This document shows positions 39,356 through 49,275 of a DNA stretch of 58,916 nucleotides, in pieces. A program made the position numbers and the translations under genes. Location of the stretch: the IMG/VR virus record IMGVR_UViG_3300031227_000045, positions 1 to 58,916 of that record, one strand, 5' to 3'. This stretch comes from a virus (lineage: Duplodnaviria; Caudoviricetes). Position 1 is the stretch's first letter. Each line of letters starts with the position of its first letter. Under the pieces are notes generated by a model. The model was given only the letters and a program-made list of their open reading frames with translations, did no database searches and was not told the DNA's origin.

Positions 39356-40237
39356 ATTATTAGTCTCCTCTTGGGATTTTTCTAAATTAGCAGCAACAAG
39401 CTGCTCGTTATTTAAGTATACACCAGCACTATCTTTAAGCGAGGTTTCATAGACGGCAGTTTTAAAATTGACCGATTTTACGCTACCCTTACTGAATATT
39501 ATACTATCTGGATTAGCAGGTTCATCAACGTACCCCTTACCAGAAAACACAAAATTCCGCAAATATCTACATACTCGCTTGTCGTTATATACACCCGAAC
39601 CTCCATAGACTCTAAGATGTTTGGTTAAAAATGCAGTTGTTGCATTTCTAGTTATCACTTCTAACTTATTGTCACTGTCAATCATGGCATAGTCAAACAT
39701 TGCAAATAGGCATTCCATACTTACATATTTCTTACCTGCCTCAATCTCTTCAATTAAAGTATCCACCTGTTCTTGAAGTTCATCCTTACTCCAATTGGTG
39801 TAGATTACCGAAGCATTACACACATGAAATAAGTCTGGTAAATCTTCAACTGTATCAATAGAGGATTCATCTAACACCTCTCCAGCGTCATCAATAATCC
39901 AACTACGAACCATATGACCAACGATTCGTTCTTCGTTATGGTCTAGATTATCTGGCTTATTAACAGGCGTACTTCTAGCCTGATAAGTATCCCATTGAGG
40001 AAACATATCATCATTGAGATTGCAAATGGTACTAGCTAGTAATGATTCGGTGGGATACAAATCTTGGATGGTTAAAGAAGAGGCGCTGGACGCAACGATA
40101 CCATCAATAACCTTTTGATGTTTCTTTGGGTCAGCGGGTTTTAGCTGTGTAACATATGAAATTGACCTATTAGCTCTAATCTTGTTGGCCAATCCCTCTA
40201 TGTCAGCTTCGGCTTTAAAAATAGGAATATCAAGCAT
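38636..40237 (-). CDS. prohead protease-like protein fused to a C-terminal scaffold
   Basis: N.NDD.F, DH...IVGH, VSMEC and G.V..PANPDS protease-like motifs, then a long coiled coil; start placed at the ATG after GGAG. Confidence 0.7.
   Translation of the reverse strand: MLDIPIFKAEADIEGLANKIRANRSISYVTQLKPADPKKHQKVIDGIVASSASSLTIQDLYPTESLLASTICNLNDDMFPQWDTYQARSTPVNKPDNLDHNEERIVGHMVRSWIIDDAGEVLDESSIDTVEDLPDLFHVCNASVIYTNWSKDELQEQVDTLIEEIEAGKKYVSMECLFAMFDYAMIDSDNKLEVITRNATTAFLTKHLRVYGGSGVYNDKRVCRYLRNFVFSGKGYVDEPANPDSIIFSKGSVKSVNFKTAVYETSLKDSAGVYLNNEQLVAANLEKSQEETNNMSSEIELLKSQLSETKEALQAVSDAKTELEKKVTSAGIAQYETKIDTLEVAVKTAGEKAQADSEQVAQLSEKITQLEAKIEELTKANAGLTQEVADVEAQKVRASRISTLVDGDIDKSEAESKVETFSNLTDEQFEVLATELINAAKKPSEDDEKTKKAKKDKEAKAAESVISDKETDKNDSNASTDTLENVETDDVEGAGAAAVDTEADELVETRQALAAFVSHRLGKKMKSADSSEE
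39415..39424 (-). promoter_or_regulatory. candidate internal late promoter GGTGTATACT
   Basis: Motif copy 60 nt upstream of the internal scaffold start. Confidence 0.5.
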
Positions 40238-40252
40238 TGTTAGCTCCATAAA

Positions 40253-40262
40253 TTAATACACC
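40253..40262 (-). promoter_or_regulatory. candidate late promoter GGTGTATTAA
   Basis: Occupies the short gap upstream of the protease gene. Confidence 0.5.
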
Positions 40263-40266
40263 ACTA

Positions 40267-40668
40267 TTAAGATTTACTTGGTAAAAGCGCCTTGGCTAGA
40301 CTCTCAGAAAGCTCTTGTTGCTTTGCCGGGTCATTAGACACCTCACGAAAACCACCTAGATTTTCTACAATTTGCGAAGCCACAGCTTTCACTTGTTCAT
40401 CCCATACTTCACCATCTTTTGAAGCCATAGTACGAATAACTGTAACAGTATCATCTTTTTCATTACGGGTCACTTGAGAAACCTCAAGAGAAAATTTACC
40501 ATCATCATCCCACTTGGGATATACATAAATACCAGATACATCTTCTAAGACAGTTGCACCCATCTTAACCGACATAGTCTTTTCGGTGGTATCATAATTA
40601 ATTGTTATTTTCATATTCATCTCCTGATAAGTGTATACAAACACTTGTCTGAACTTTTCTAAGTTCAT
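40267..40668 (-). CDS. hypothetical protein (likely start at MNMKITINY after AGGAG)
   Basis: Between portal and protease genes; AGGAG SD near 40620. Confidence 0.6.
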   Translation of the reverse strand: MNLEKFRQVFVYTYQEMNMKITINYDTTEKTMSVKMGATVLEDVSGIYVYPKWDDDGKFSLEVSQVTRNEKDDTVTVIRTMASKDGEVWDEQVKAVASQIVENLGGFREVSNDPAKQQELSESLAKALLPSKS

Positions 40669-42769
40669 CTAAGGTTAGTTTTCTGTCCATTTGACTAGCT
40701 ATCTCACCTGACCACTCCTTACACAAAGCAACTGCCTGTTGGCTTACAGGTAATTGTAGAGCAGCAGAAATAGTAGTCTCGCTTACTTCACTCAATGGTT
40801 CAATATTACATAAAACACCAAATTTAACATTTTCAGCCATTCCCAACTGCTTGGCGGTTAGACTGCGCATATTCTTTTTTTGGTAATGCTCAATAAAGCC
40901 TTCATTCAATACCTCTGAAATTGCTGATTGCGCAAAATCTGCCCAAATCTCCATTACAGCTTTAGACTTAGGGGTAAATGTCTTCTTCTTGCGCGGCGTA
41001 GAGTCTTTCTTATTCTTGGGGCGACCCTGTCCAGGGGCACCTTTCTTCTTAGTCGTGGTAGTACCACCTGGCGGCACCTTCATTTTTAGTGCTGGTTGTT
41101 CGCCGGATGGCTTGGGGTCTAACTTTAAACCTACTTGACCTGGAGTAACAGCGCCGGTTTGTAAAGCAACTTTCTTGAGTGCCAACATAAACTGAGGGTC
41201 ATAGAATGCGCCAGCTTTAGGAGGCAAGGAACCATTCTCACGACCTCTATGTTCTCTTCTAATTCTAATGTTTTCCATTTCTTCATCATGTCCAAAGTAA
41301 CGTTGAAACAACTCGTCAGAAATTAGATTGCGGTCTACCATTTGAATTAACAATGCTTTTTCGGCAGCCTCATCACCTAGAGAGGTCCAAGTAAATTCTA
41401 ACCTAGCCGGAAAACGAAAACCCATAGCTTCTTGAACTAATTTGAATTCGTTATTCCAGAACTCTTCTAATACTTCACGACCATACTCTAGGCGCTGTAC
41501 TAAGGTTTTGATAGAAATAAAGTTGTTGGTTGTGCCAGCAGCGCCAAATGTACCAGTAAGAGTTGGGGGAATACCTAGACCAGCATAGATATTATTAAGA
41601 GTAGGCTTGTACTTGTCTTCACCTAAGAATTGATGGACGGTAGTTTTACTTTCTACTAATTCAATATCTGGACCCCATATTAGGTCCATAGTACCAGCAC
41701 CCATATGGTTTTCAAGAATCTCACCTAGGCGAGCAGCAGCAGTTCTAGTAGGGGCAATTTTATGTTCCAAACTACCTAACTTGAAAATACGAATGTTAGA
41801 TATTGCACCATCTAAAGCTGCCGTATCAGCCAACTTGAGTTTCTGTAAAAGGTTAATATCTTCCATGATAGAATAAATCATGGGATTAGCCCAAGTTTGC
41901 CAGTCATCTTTTTTGTAATGATAAACGATGGTTTTATCTGGTGGTAATAAAACAGGTTTATTAGTTCGAGCGGCCTCTTTGATTTCAGGTGGTAATTCTT
42001 TAACTAATTCTATTTCTTCTGGTGTTTGAGGATTGGTAATCATCCTACGTAAATGAGCTGGTATAATTAAAGAATATAAACTTTTACCAACAAAAGAAGA
42101 TAGTTCCTTACCAACTACATCTATTGTAATAGGATTGAGGAATGTATACCTCCAAGGAATTTCTCTTTTATGAACTACATCTTTGACCATCTTAGTATCA
42201 GGTTTAGCCTGAGCCTTCTTGGTCATTTCTGTTTGGTCTTTAACGCTAATACGCGCAGTTTGCTTACGTATTACAACATTTCCTAAGCGATACAAATGAT
42301 TCAAAAATCTTTCTGAACGTTCTTTCCCATGTACCTTCTTCCACCAACTACGCATAAAGCGTTGGATTTTAGGATTAGGATGAACAACACGTACTCCTTG
42401 GCAGGCAAAATCTCCCATTAAATCAATAATATTCTTTATTAAACCGACCTTTTGATATGACCTATCAGACATGAACATAATAGCTTTATGGTCACCAATC
42501 TGAGGAATAGCCTCATTGGGTCTAAAAGCATCATAACCATCACGACCTAGTCCTGGTCTACTAGATACATTAGTAGCTAAATCAGAATAGTCTTGTCCGT
42601 ATGGGGCACTATAATAACCGTTGTATGAACCAACCGCTTTACCCATTTCGACAAAAGCCTTATCTCGTTGAACAGCACTACCAGCCCACGAAATAAACAT
42701 AGGACCATCATCATGGGATGCTTCTGGCACCCCTTTGATTTCAGCAGCACTTCTACGTCTCTTAGCCAT
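40598..42769 (-). CDS. portal protein
   Basis: Follows terminase; IIDLM.DF..G, YRLGNV, L..IYAGLGIP..L.G; basic/Pro-rich C-terminal extension; start moved to MAKRRR. Confidence 0.8.
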   Translation of the reverse strand: MAKRRRSAAEIKGVPEASHDDGPMFISWAGSAVQRDKAFVEMGKAVGSYNGYYSAPYGQDYSDLATNVSSRPGLGRDGYDAFRPNEAIPQIGDHKAIMFMSDRSYQKVGLIKNIIDLMGDFACQGVRVVHPNPKIQRFMRSWWKKVHGKERSERFLNHLYRLGNVVIRKQTARISVKDQTEMTKKAQAKPDTKMVKDVVHKREIPWRYTFLNPITIDVVGKELSSFVGKSLYSLIIPAHLRRMITNPQTPEEIELVKELPPEIKEAARTNKPVLLPPDKTIVYHYKKDDWQTWANPMIYSIMEDINLLQKLKLADTAALDGAISNIRIFKLGSLEHKIAPTRTAAARLGEILENHMGAGTMDLIWGPDIELVESKTTVHQFLGEDKYKPTLNNIYAGLGIPPTLTGTFGAAGTTNNFISIKTLVQRLEYGREVLEEFWNNEFKLVQEAMGFRFPARLEFTWTSLGDEAAEKALLIQMVDRNLISDELFQRYFGHDEEMENIRIRREHRGRENGSLPPKAGAFYDPQFMLALKKVALQTGAVTPGQVGLKLDPKPSGEQPALKMKVPPGGTTTTKKKGAPGQGRPKNKKDSTPRKKKTFTPKSKAVMEIWADFAQSAISEVLNEGFIEHYQKKNMRSLTAKQLGMAENVKFGVLCNIEPLSEVSETTISAALQLPVSQQAVALCKEWSGEIASQMDRKLTLDELRKVQTSVCIHLSGDEYENNN

Positions 42770-42838
42770 AATAAAGTATACCTTTGTTATAATAGAATTC
42801 AGTATAACTACAATACTATTGTAATAGCATTGTGTAAT

Positions 42839-42848
42839 ACTATACACC
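42839..42848 (-). promoter_or_regulatory. candidate late promoter GGTGTATAGT
   Basis: Motif copy just past the terminase stop, upstream of the portal gene. Confidence 0.55.
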
Positions 42849-42853
42849 AACCG

Positions 42854-45800
42854 TTATTTTTTACGCACAGCGAACCCAGAAAAAGTATCTGTTCCCTTAG
42901 TAAACCATTCTGGGCCATTATACATACGCTCTCCCTCTTTGGGTGGACCCATCTGACCAACAAAACCCCCAATAGCCTCATACTCTATAACTGGTAAACG
43001 ACGTTGAATTTGACGAGCTACCATATTTGCAATCACCAGCGCAGAATAACGGTCTTTACGTAAGTGGCCCTTTCTACCCGTTTCGGTTTTAACCTCTGGG
43101 GTGTCCCAACGGTCTCGACCTTGTGTGCCAGTACCGGTTCTAGTCATAACAATTGTAGTTAATTCATTCTTCAGTTCTTCTATTTCTAACACAGCATCTT
43201 CTAATGAATCATATATAGTCAATTCCTTACCATGTTTTTTACGAAATGCATCAACCCTCTCTCCATCATCAATAGCGGATAACTCTAAGGTAACAGGGTC
43301 AAACTGAGGAAACAATAATACCTTATCTTCCATATCTTTACGTAAACCATGGTTTGCCTCACTGGTCCAATCAAACTTAGCAAATTGTACTAAATCTACT
43401 ATGTGAGAACCTGGTAAATCATCAGTATCTTTTTCCTTATCAGGGTCAATAATGGGCCACAGAGAAATTTCACCCGGATGTATTTTATCTGGGTCATGTA
43501 GTGCTTCCATAACAGCAATACCACCGCCCTGGGCATCCATACCTATTGAAGCACCCTTCGGGTGTCCTATAGCAGGAGGAAATACAACCATTAAGTCTCT
43601 AATCTTGCGCGCACAAAAACCGTAGAAATCAGCAGTTTCAGTAAGCCCTGCTCTTTGGCGCTTTTTGAAATCACCTCGGTTTGTGGTCCAACAATAAACC
43701 ACACGTTGATGTTCGGGGTGAATTTCTAGAACGACAATAGAAAAATTATCAGCTTCAGAGGCGGGGTCTATACCATAAGCATATTGTGCCGTAGGATTAC
43801 CGCGAGTCATAGTGTTATATGGTTGATTGCACCATACAGGGAAATGGCCCGAGTTAATGTTTTTTTCGACAGCAACACATGACTCAATCAGAGACCTCTT
43901 AAAGAATCCATCACTATCAGCAGTAAAACAATTATGGGTAGTAGCATTAAGGGTTGAATATGAACTATCCTCTTCAACTTCTAGGTTATATACTAAACCA
44001 TCATAATCTATTTCTTCTTTTTCTAAAATTGGCAAAATAGTCATATTATTAATATTGCGAATAAAACCACATCCAATATCAATATGTATTTTCTTATAAA
44101 ATTCAGCTAAAAATTTACGATGATTATTTCCAGACATAGTTAAGCTAACAGTACCATCTGCTTTATCTAATAATGAAGAAGAAATTTCAAAATAAGATAA
44201 TCCAATTCTAATTTGATTCAACAAACTTTGATTAATACAATGGGCATCAGAACAATCTTTATCATAACTAATATAACCATCACCATTCCAATACCCTTCA
44301 ATAATACCCTTAAGACATTCTTCATTAGCAAACATTATATTATGTTTAATTAACTTATCATGAGATATCCCAGGACAAATATGTTTCATAATTTCCGCAA
44401 CCAGTCTACTATTAACACATATCTCAACAGTATTTTTTTTCTTAACATATCTTTTACCCTGAAAACCAAAAACTTTTTGAATAGCTTGTAATAACTGTTT
44501 TTGATACTCTGTATCTTTATGTTCATCTAATGCAAAACTAACTTGTCTGCCATCAGCTCCTACACTGCCCTCTGCTGCATAGTAACCAATAATCAAACCA
44601 AAATTATAATCTAGCGAAACCGTTTTTATAATTGAGGTCTTTGGTTTCCTGTTGTCATTTTCAATATAGGATATAGCCGTTTGCCCTATACCAAACTCTT
44701 TGGATAATGAGACTTGGGTTCGACTACCCTGTCTTATATACCGTTGTTGTTCTAAATTTATTTTAGACTGAGAACTTTGAGGATAAATGTATTTTTCATC
44801 TAAGGTTTCTAAGTAATTAGTACATACATCTTCTATATTAAGTATATTTATGTTTGCTAATTCATTTAAGTTAGTTAAACATGTTTGTTCTTTTAGTGGT
44901 TCAAATAGATTGTTACCATACCAGAACGGATGGTCTACTGTTATCCCAATTTGTTTACTATAACCAAAAGTTTTATATTGATATATTTTACCCACATAAT
45001 GTCTATATGTTCTTTTAGTAACTGGTCTAAAACGACCTTGGTGTGTAAGCACTAAATCACCAAGCTGTACATTTTGAATAAACTTAACACCATTATTAGT
45101 AGTGATACTAGTGTTTTTACATTCGCACGCCCCATATTCCATTTGGTAAATACCACTATGTACTGTAGCCCTAGCTCTAGCCACAACTTTGTCATCCATG
45201 AAGCCTTGAGGGATTAATTTGTAAGGTATGCGAATAACACAGTAGTCTGAACTGTGAAAGTGTTCACCCATTTCATCTACAGTAAAACCCTGTTCTCTTA
45301 ATGCTGTAGCATTATTCTCAGCCCTAACAAAAGCGCAATATCTTTTCCAATAATCGGCATAGTGTTTAAAATCATAATCGGCAGTACCAGAAATAATAAT
45401 TTGGTTTCCATGCTTAGTTTGAAAGTCTGTTTCTTGTATCTCTGTCCATGTACCAACTCTCTTGCGGTGCTCTCTACTAGCAAATGCTTTTACATTATCA
45501 ATAGGGTCTGCGGACACAGCGGCGAAACCCTGAACAACAGTTTCGTAAATAGAGGGAGGAATAGAACCAAATTCGTCAGCAATAATGATAGTAGCACGCA
45601 AACCACGAATCTTAGAACCATCACCAAGAGGTACGGCAATTGTCCAATTTTCATTAACGCGCATAGTACAACGGTCAGTGTCTTTACGAGGGCCACTTTC
45701 GCTATCAACTAAGTCTCTATAGATAGGAGCATTGCGCCACAACGTTTCCATGTATTCAAAGATAACCTTAGATTGACGGAAGGCCGCACCAACAATAACA

Positions 45801-46183
45801 ATTTTACAACCAGCTCCACCAGACAAAGCGCTGGGAGTTAATATCATTCTTAACATACAATATACAGCCATTAACCACGATTTACCAAAACCACGACTTG
45901 CCACGAACATTGGGAAGGGACGAGTCCACATTTTATACAACACCACAGCTTGTTCGGGTAGCAATTCAATGTTCAAGAGTATCTTACATGCAAATGACAG
46001 ATACCATGGGTTGCGCATCAACTTTAATTCATAGTACCCAGGTGGTTTATGAATCCAGTCTTTTGGTCTCTTTAACGGATTTTTAAGAGTGCGGCGTCTA
46101 TGTTTTTTTAAATCTAGGTCTAACCATGCCCTAGATTGGTCTTCTAAATATTGTTTATATTGATTATCCATATTTCTCAGCAA
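42854..46183 (-). CDS. terL: terminase large subunit containing an intein
   Basis: Walker A ASRGFGKS; Walker B IIIADEF; RGLRA; nuclease motifs YGIDPA and KDRYSA. Confidence 0.92.
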   Translation of the reverse strand: MLRNMDNQYKQYLEDQSRAWLDLDLKKHRRRTLKNPLKRPKDWIHKPPGYYELKLMRNPWYLSFACKILLNIELLPEQAVVLYKMWTRPFPMFVASRGFGKSWLMAVYCMLRMILTPSALSGGAGCKIVIVGAAFRQSKVIFEYMETLWRNAPIYRDLVDSESGPRKDTDRCTMRVNENWTIAVPLGDGSKIRGLRATIIIADEFGSIPPSIYETVVQGFAAVSADPIDNVKAFASREHRKRVGTWTEIQETDFQTKHGNQIIISGTADYDFKHYADYWKRYCAFVRAENNATALREQGFTVDEMGEHFHSSDYCVIRIPYKLIPQGFMDDKVVARARATVHSGIYQMEYGACECKNTSITTNNGVKFIQNVQLGDLVLTHQGRFRPVTKRTYRHYVGKIYQYKTFGYSKQIGITVDHPFWYGNNLFEPLKEQTCLTNLNELANINILNIEDVCTNYLETLDEKYIYPQSSQSKINLEQQRYIRQGSRTQVSLSKEFGIGQTAISYIENDNRKPKTSIIKTVSLDYNFGLIIGYYAAEGSVGADGRQVSFALDEHKDTEYQKQLLQAIQKVFGFQGKRYVKKKNTVEICVNSRLVAEIMKHICPGISHDKLIKHNIMFANEECLKGIIEGYWNGDGYISYDKDCSDAHCINQSLLNQIRIGLSYFEISSSLLDKADGTVSLTMSGNNHRKFLAEFYKKIHIDIGCGFIRNINNMTILPILEKEEIDYDGLVYNLEVEEDSSYSTLNATTHNCFTADSDGFFKRSLIESCVAVEKNINSGHFPVWCNQPYNTMTRGNPTAQYAYGIDPASEADNFSIVVLEIHPEHQRVVYCWTTNRGDFKKRQRAGLTETADFYGFCARKIRDLMVVFPPAIGHPKGASIGMDAQGGGIAVMEALHDPDKIHPGEISLWPIIDPDKEKDTDDLPGSHIVDLVQFAKFDWTSEANHGLRKDMEDKVLLFPQFDPVTLELSAIDDGERVDAFRKKHGKELTIYDSLEDAVLEIEELKNELTTIVMTRTGTGTQGRDRWDTPEVKTETGRKGHLRKDRYSALVIANMVARQIQRRLPVIEYEAIGGFVGQMGPPKEGERMYNGPEWFTKGTDTFSGFAVRKK
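43931..45127 (-). mobile_element. 399-aa intein with LAGLIDADG endonuclease and internal HTH
   Basis: Starts C(ECKNTSITT..G); block B ITVDHPF; IGYYAAEGS and EGYWNGDGY; ends VYNLEV..THN followed by C; splicing restores MEYGA-CFTADSDG. Confidence 0.92.
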
Positions 46184-46619
46184 CTCTTTTCATAATACTA
46201 GTAGCTATACTAACTGCGTTTATTGTAGTACCAGCTAAAATAATTGGTATTCTATCATTAATCATAATTTCCGACATTCTTTTATGTATATACGGACCCT
46301 TCACCTTTAGTTTTCTCCACATCTTTTTAGGCACACCAGAACCCATAGGATAAGCATTGATTTCTTCTAAGCCAAATTCAAAGATGAGAAACGCATATGG
46401 AAACTGTGCCATCCTTTTAAGCTCTCTCTCAAAGCGTGCTTCAGTAGCATTGGTAGCAAATTCTGCTACATTTCTTTTGCGCTCAATACATAACTCATCT
46501 TCTAAACCCTCTATAGTATAATCCCCGGTAGGTAATTTATGACGAATAGTACGCGCTACAGCCACACTTGTAAATTGCCACGGAAGCTGTTCTTTGGTAT
46601 CAATAATAACATTAAACAT
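46164..46619 (-). CDS. ERCC4-domain nuclease
   Basis: IIDTKEQ.P, LPTGDY, CIERK, RFERELKRM; TAATG coupling to the HNH gene. Confidence 0.85.
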   Translation of the reverse strand: MFNVIIDTKEQLPWQFTSVAVARTIRHKLPTGDYTIEGLEDELCIERKRNVAEFATNATEARFERELKRMAQFPYAFLIFEFGLEEINAYPMGSGVPKKMWRKLKVKGPYIHKRMSEIMINDRIPIILAGTTINAVSIATSIMKRVAEKYG

Positions 46620-46921
46620 TAGGTAGTTCCTACAATAGTAATTAAAAGAGGTGCATATGTTTCTTCTGCACCAGTAACCTGTTTGTGATGTGCCCAACAT
46701 AGCGTAACCCCATTATTTACGTCATAGCGCAAGAATGGATTACTTGACCATTTTTGAATATGATGCGCAGATAATCTACGCTTACATTTACATCCAGGCC
46801 ACCTACATTGATATTTATCCCTTTTATAAACCGCCGTACGCCACTGTTTATACTGTGGGTCCAATGTTTGCTCAGGGCGATTTGGGTTAAACCAAAATTT
46901 CTTTTTATATCTTCTTCGCAT
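46619..46921 (-). CDS. small HNH endonuclease (terminase-associated type)
   Basis: WRTAVYKRD..C..C..AHHI..NGVTLC..HH. Confidence 0.85.
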   Translation of the reverse strand: MRRRYKKKFWFNPNRPEQTLDPQYKQWRTAVYKRDKYQCRWPGCKCKRRLSAHHIQKWSSNPFLRYDVNNGVTLCWAHHKQVTGAEETYAPLLITIVGTT

Positions 46922-47996
46922 GTTCTATATCGCTAAATACCATTCTTTTAACTAAATCTTTAAAGTTAACAGTGGGTTCCCAGCCTAATCTCTTTTTAGC
47001 TTTAGCAGCATAACCGCATAAATATTGCACATCAGAAGGACGATAAAATTTAGGGTCTATAACAACTAAATTTTTCCAATCATCTATATGGGCTAATTTA
47101 AAAGCTAAATCTAAGAACTCTCTAATTGTATGTACTTTACCAGTAGCAACAACATAGTCACCTGGTTCATCAGCATTAACCATCATCCACATCATACGAA
47201 CATAATCTTCAGCGTGGCCCCAGTCTCTAGCAGCCTCTATATTACCTAGTCTTAGTTTTAAAAATGAATGTTCTTTTCCATGATATTTAAGATTGAGTGT
47301 ATAAATTTCGTTTTCATTAGGTATTAACCTAGACTTGTCAATATGGAAATAATTACACCATGCTACAAATTCCCCAATCCACTTAGTAATCTTACGTGTT
47401 ATAAAATTCTCACCACGACGCTCACTTTCATGATTAAATAGAATACCTGCGGATGCATGTATACCATATGCATTACGATACATGCTAACTAAATGGTGGG
47501 CCGCAGTTTTAGCAATAGCATAAGGAGAAGTCGGCATTAATGGAACAGTTTCATCTTGATAAGCTGTGTTTATATCAACACCTTGTACATCTCGTTTAAA
47601 ATTATTTCCAAACATCTCCGAGGTTGACGCTTGATAAAAATGCGTATCAGGACTACACACTCGAATTGCCTCTAGGATATTTAGAACACCACCAGCACAC
47701 ACATCTAATGTATAACAAGGCTGTTGAAAACTAGTACCTACGTGTGATTGTGCCGCAAGATTATAACATTCATCGGGTTTATATTCAGAAATTATACCTG
47801 TTACGGATGGCATATCTGTGACATCACCCTGAACTAACGTAAAGTTGTCATTGGACAACACATTCAATAATCTCTCTGTGTTATTAACACTTGAACGCCT
47901 TGCAACCCCTATAACCTTATATCCTTTCCATAATAAGAGTTCACTTAAATACGAACCATCTTGTCCGGTAACTCCAAAAATTACTGCATTCCTCAT
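46905..47996 (-). CDS. gmd: GDP-mannose 4,6-dehydratase
   Basis: GVTGQDGSYL, NLAAQSHV, FYQASTSEMFG, SPYAIAK, GILFNHES.RRGENFITRKIT, RDWGHAEDYV. Confidence 0.95.
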   Translation of the reverse strand: MRNAVIFGVTGQDGSYLSELLLWKGYKVIGVARRSSVNNTERLLNVLSNDNFTLVQGDVTDMPSVTGIISEYKPDECYNLAAQSHVGTSFQQPCYTLDVCAGGVLNILEAIRVCSPDTHFYQASTSEMFGNNFKRDVQGVDINTAYQDETVPLMPTSPYAIAKTAAHHLVSMYRNAYGIHASAGILFNHESERRGENFITRKITKWIGEFVAWCNYFHIDKSRLIPNENEIYTLNLKYHGKEHSFLKLRLGNIEAARDWGHAEDYVRMMWMMVNADEPGDYVVATGKVHTIREFLDLAFKLAHIDDWKNLVVIDPKFYRPSDVQYLCGYAAKAKKRLGWEPTVNFKDLVKRMVFSDIEHAKKI

Positions 47997-48008
47997 GATA
48001 TCATCCTT

Positions 48009-48491
48009 TTAAGCGTGTCGTGTTTTAGTAGGGTCATTAATTGATTTACCTGGGTTGGGAATAAATACTCCGGTTCTACTACCAGGAATTGATTTGAGTG
48101 GTTGAGTAGGCACAACTGAATGATTACGTTGTGTTGGACCAGCTATCACTGGGACATTCTTACCATGCGCACGCGAAACATTATGGACGTTTCTAACTGC
48201 TTTAACAGTTTCATCAGATAAACTCTTATCATATGCATCTGGTTTAGCAGGAGAAGATATAGGTTTCATTGGTCTTGCTTCAACAATAGACTTTACGGGT
48301 ACTTCTTCGTCTACAGCAAAACCTTTTAGGGGTGCTGTATACTTTGCTAATGCCGCTAGTTCTTTTTCTTTTCTTAATAGGGTTTCCTTTAATCTATTTG
48401 CTGCATCTTGCATAATACCATCGTCATCAGATGGTACTGATTGTAAACTCTCTTCTTTATTCGTCTTATTCATCTTGTAAATACTCCACAT
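48009..48491 (-). CDS. hypothetical low-complexity protein
   Basis: Co-oriented ORF in the operon; start uncertain. Confidence 0.5.
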   Translation of the reverse strand: MWSIYKMNKTNKEESLQSVPSDDDGIMQDAANRLKETLLRKEKELAALAKYTAPLKGFAVDEEVPVKSIVEARPMKPISSPAKPDAYDKSLSDETVKAVRNVHNVSRAHGKNVPVIAGPTQRNHSVVPTQPLKSIPGSRTGVFIPNPGKSINDPTKTRHA

Positions 48492-49275
48492 CTAGTAAGG
48501 GTTGGTCTACTTTTCCGTCTTCATACTCGTGAAACTCTGCTAATTTTTTAGCTTTCTGTTCTGCCGCAATCTTAAAGAGTTCAGCTTCTTCTCCCATGTC
48601 TGAGCGCCTCTCTTCGTCTTCTAACATTCTCAATAATCCTTGCCAGCTAGTCTTACTATCTTCGACCCTTTTAATACGGTCATCTCTACTAGCTTTAAGC
48701 GCCTTGGTAAGGTATTTAGATACATCTGATAATTTAGCATATTCAGTAGTGTATGCCATTACGGATGCGCGAGATGCAGCAATCTGAGTGGATAAATTAG
48801 CCATCAAATCTTTATCTCTATCTCCAGGCTTTGCTTTATACTCTTTATCAAGCTGTTGTTGTAAGTCTTCAGCGCCCATTTGATTTTGTCGTCTATCTCT
48901 CATGGCGCGATTCATAGAGATTTCTATGGTAAGATATTGTTTGAGTTGCATCTCTTCAGATGGAAGCATATCTTCCTTAAACTGCAACTGCATATCAGTC
49001 CACTGTTCTTCAAAATATCTCAATTCTGTATCAGTAAATTGTTGTTCAACAATAGGCCAATATTTCTTTTCGTGTAACGTTTGCTTTAAACGTATACGAG
49101 TAGCGCTTGCCTCCTGGTCTATTTGAGGGCGCAAACTCTTTAATTTTACAAATTTAGCAATTGTTTCAACTGTTCTATTAAGTTGCTGGGCTATGTCCTC
49201 ATCAGACATTTCAGCAACATTACGTCGAATAAAGTTAATGTCGTTGTTACTAAATTTCCCACGCTTCTTTGGCAT
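48466..49275 (-). CDS. HTH + coiled-coil protein, candidate terminase small subunit
   Basis: N-terminal SDEDIAQQLNRTVETI HTH followed by long helices; upstream of terL. Confidence 0.45.
   Translation of the reverse strand: MPKKRGKFSNNDINFIRRNVAEMSDEDIAQQLNRTVETIAKFVKLKSLRPQIDQEASATRIRLKQTLHEKKYWPIVEQQFTDTELRYFEEQWTDMQLQFKEDMLPSEEMQLKQYLTIEISMNRAMRDRRQNQMGAEDLQQQLDKEYKAKPGDRDKDLMANLSTQIAASRASVMAYTTEYAKLSDVSKYLTKALKASRDDRIKRVEDSKTSWQGLLRMLEDEERRSDMGEEAELFKIAAEQKAKKLAEFHEYEDGKVDQPLLDVEYLQDE

Noticed and set aside
42770-42850. Longest-ORF starts for portal (42850), ERCC4 (46700), 50063, 52465 and 56688
   Set aside because: These extensions cross promoter, terminator or hairpin elements or overlap upstream genes; downstream ATGs have better SD or coupling.
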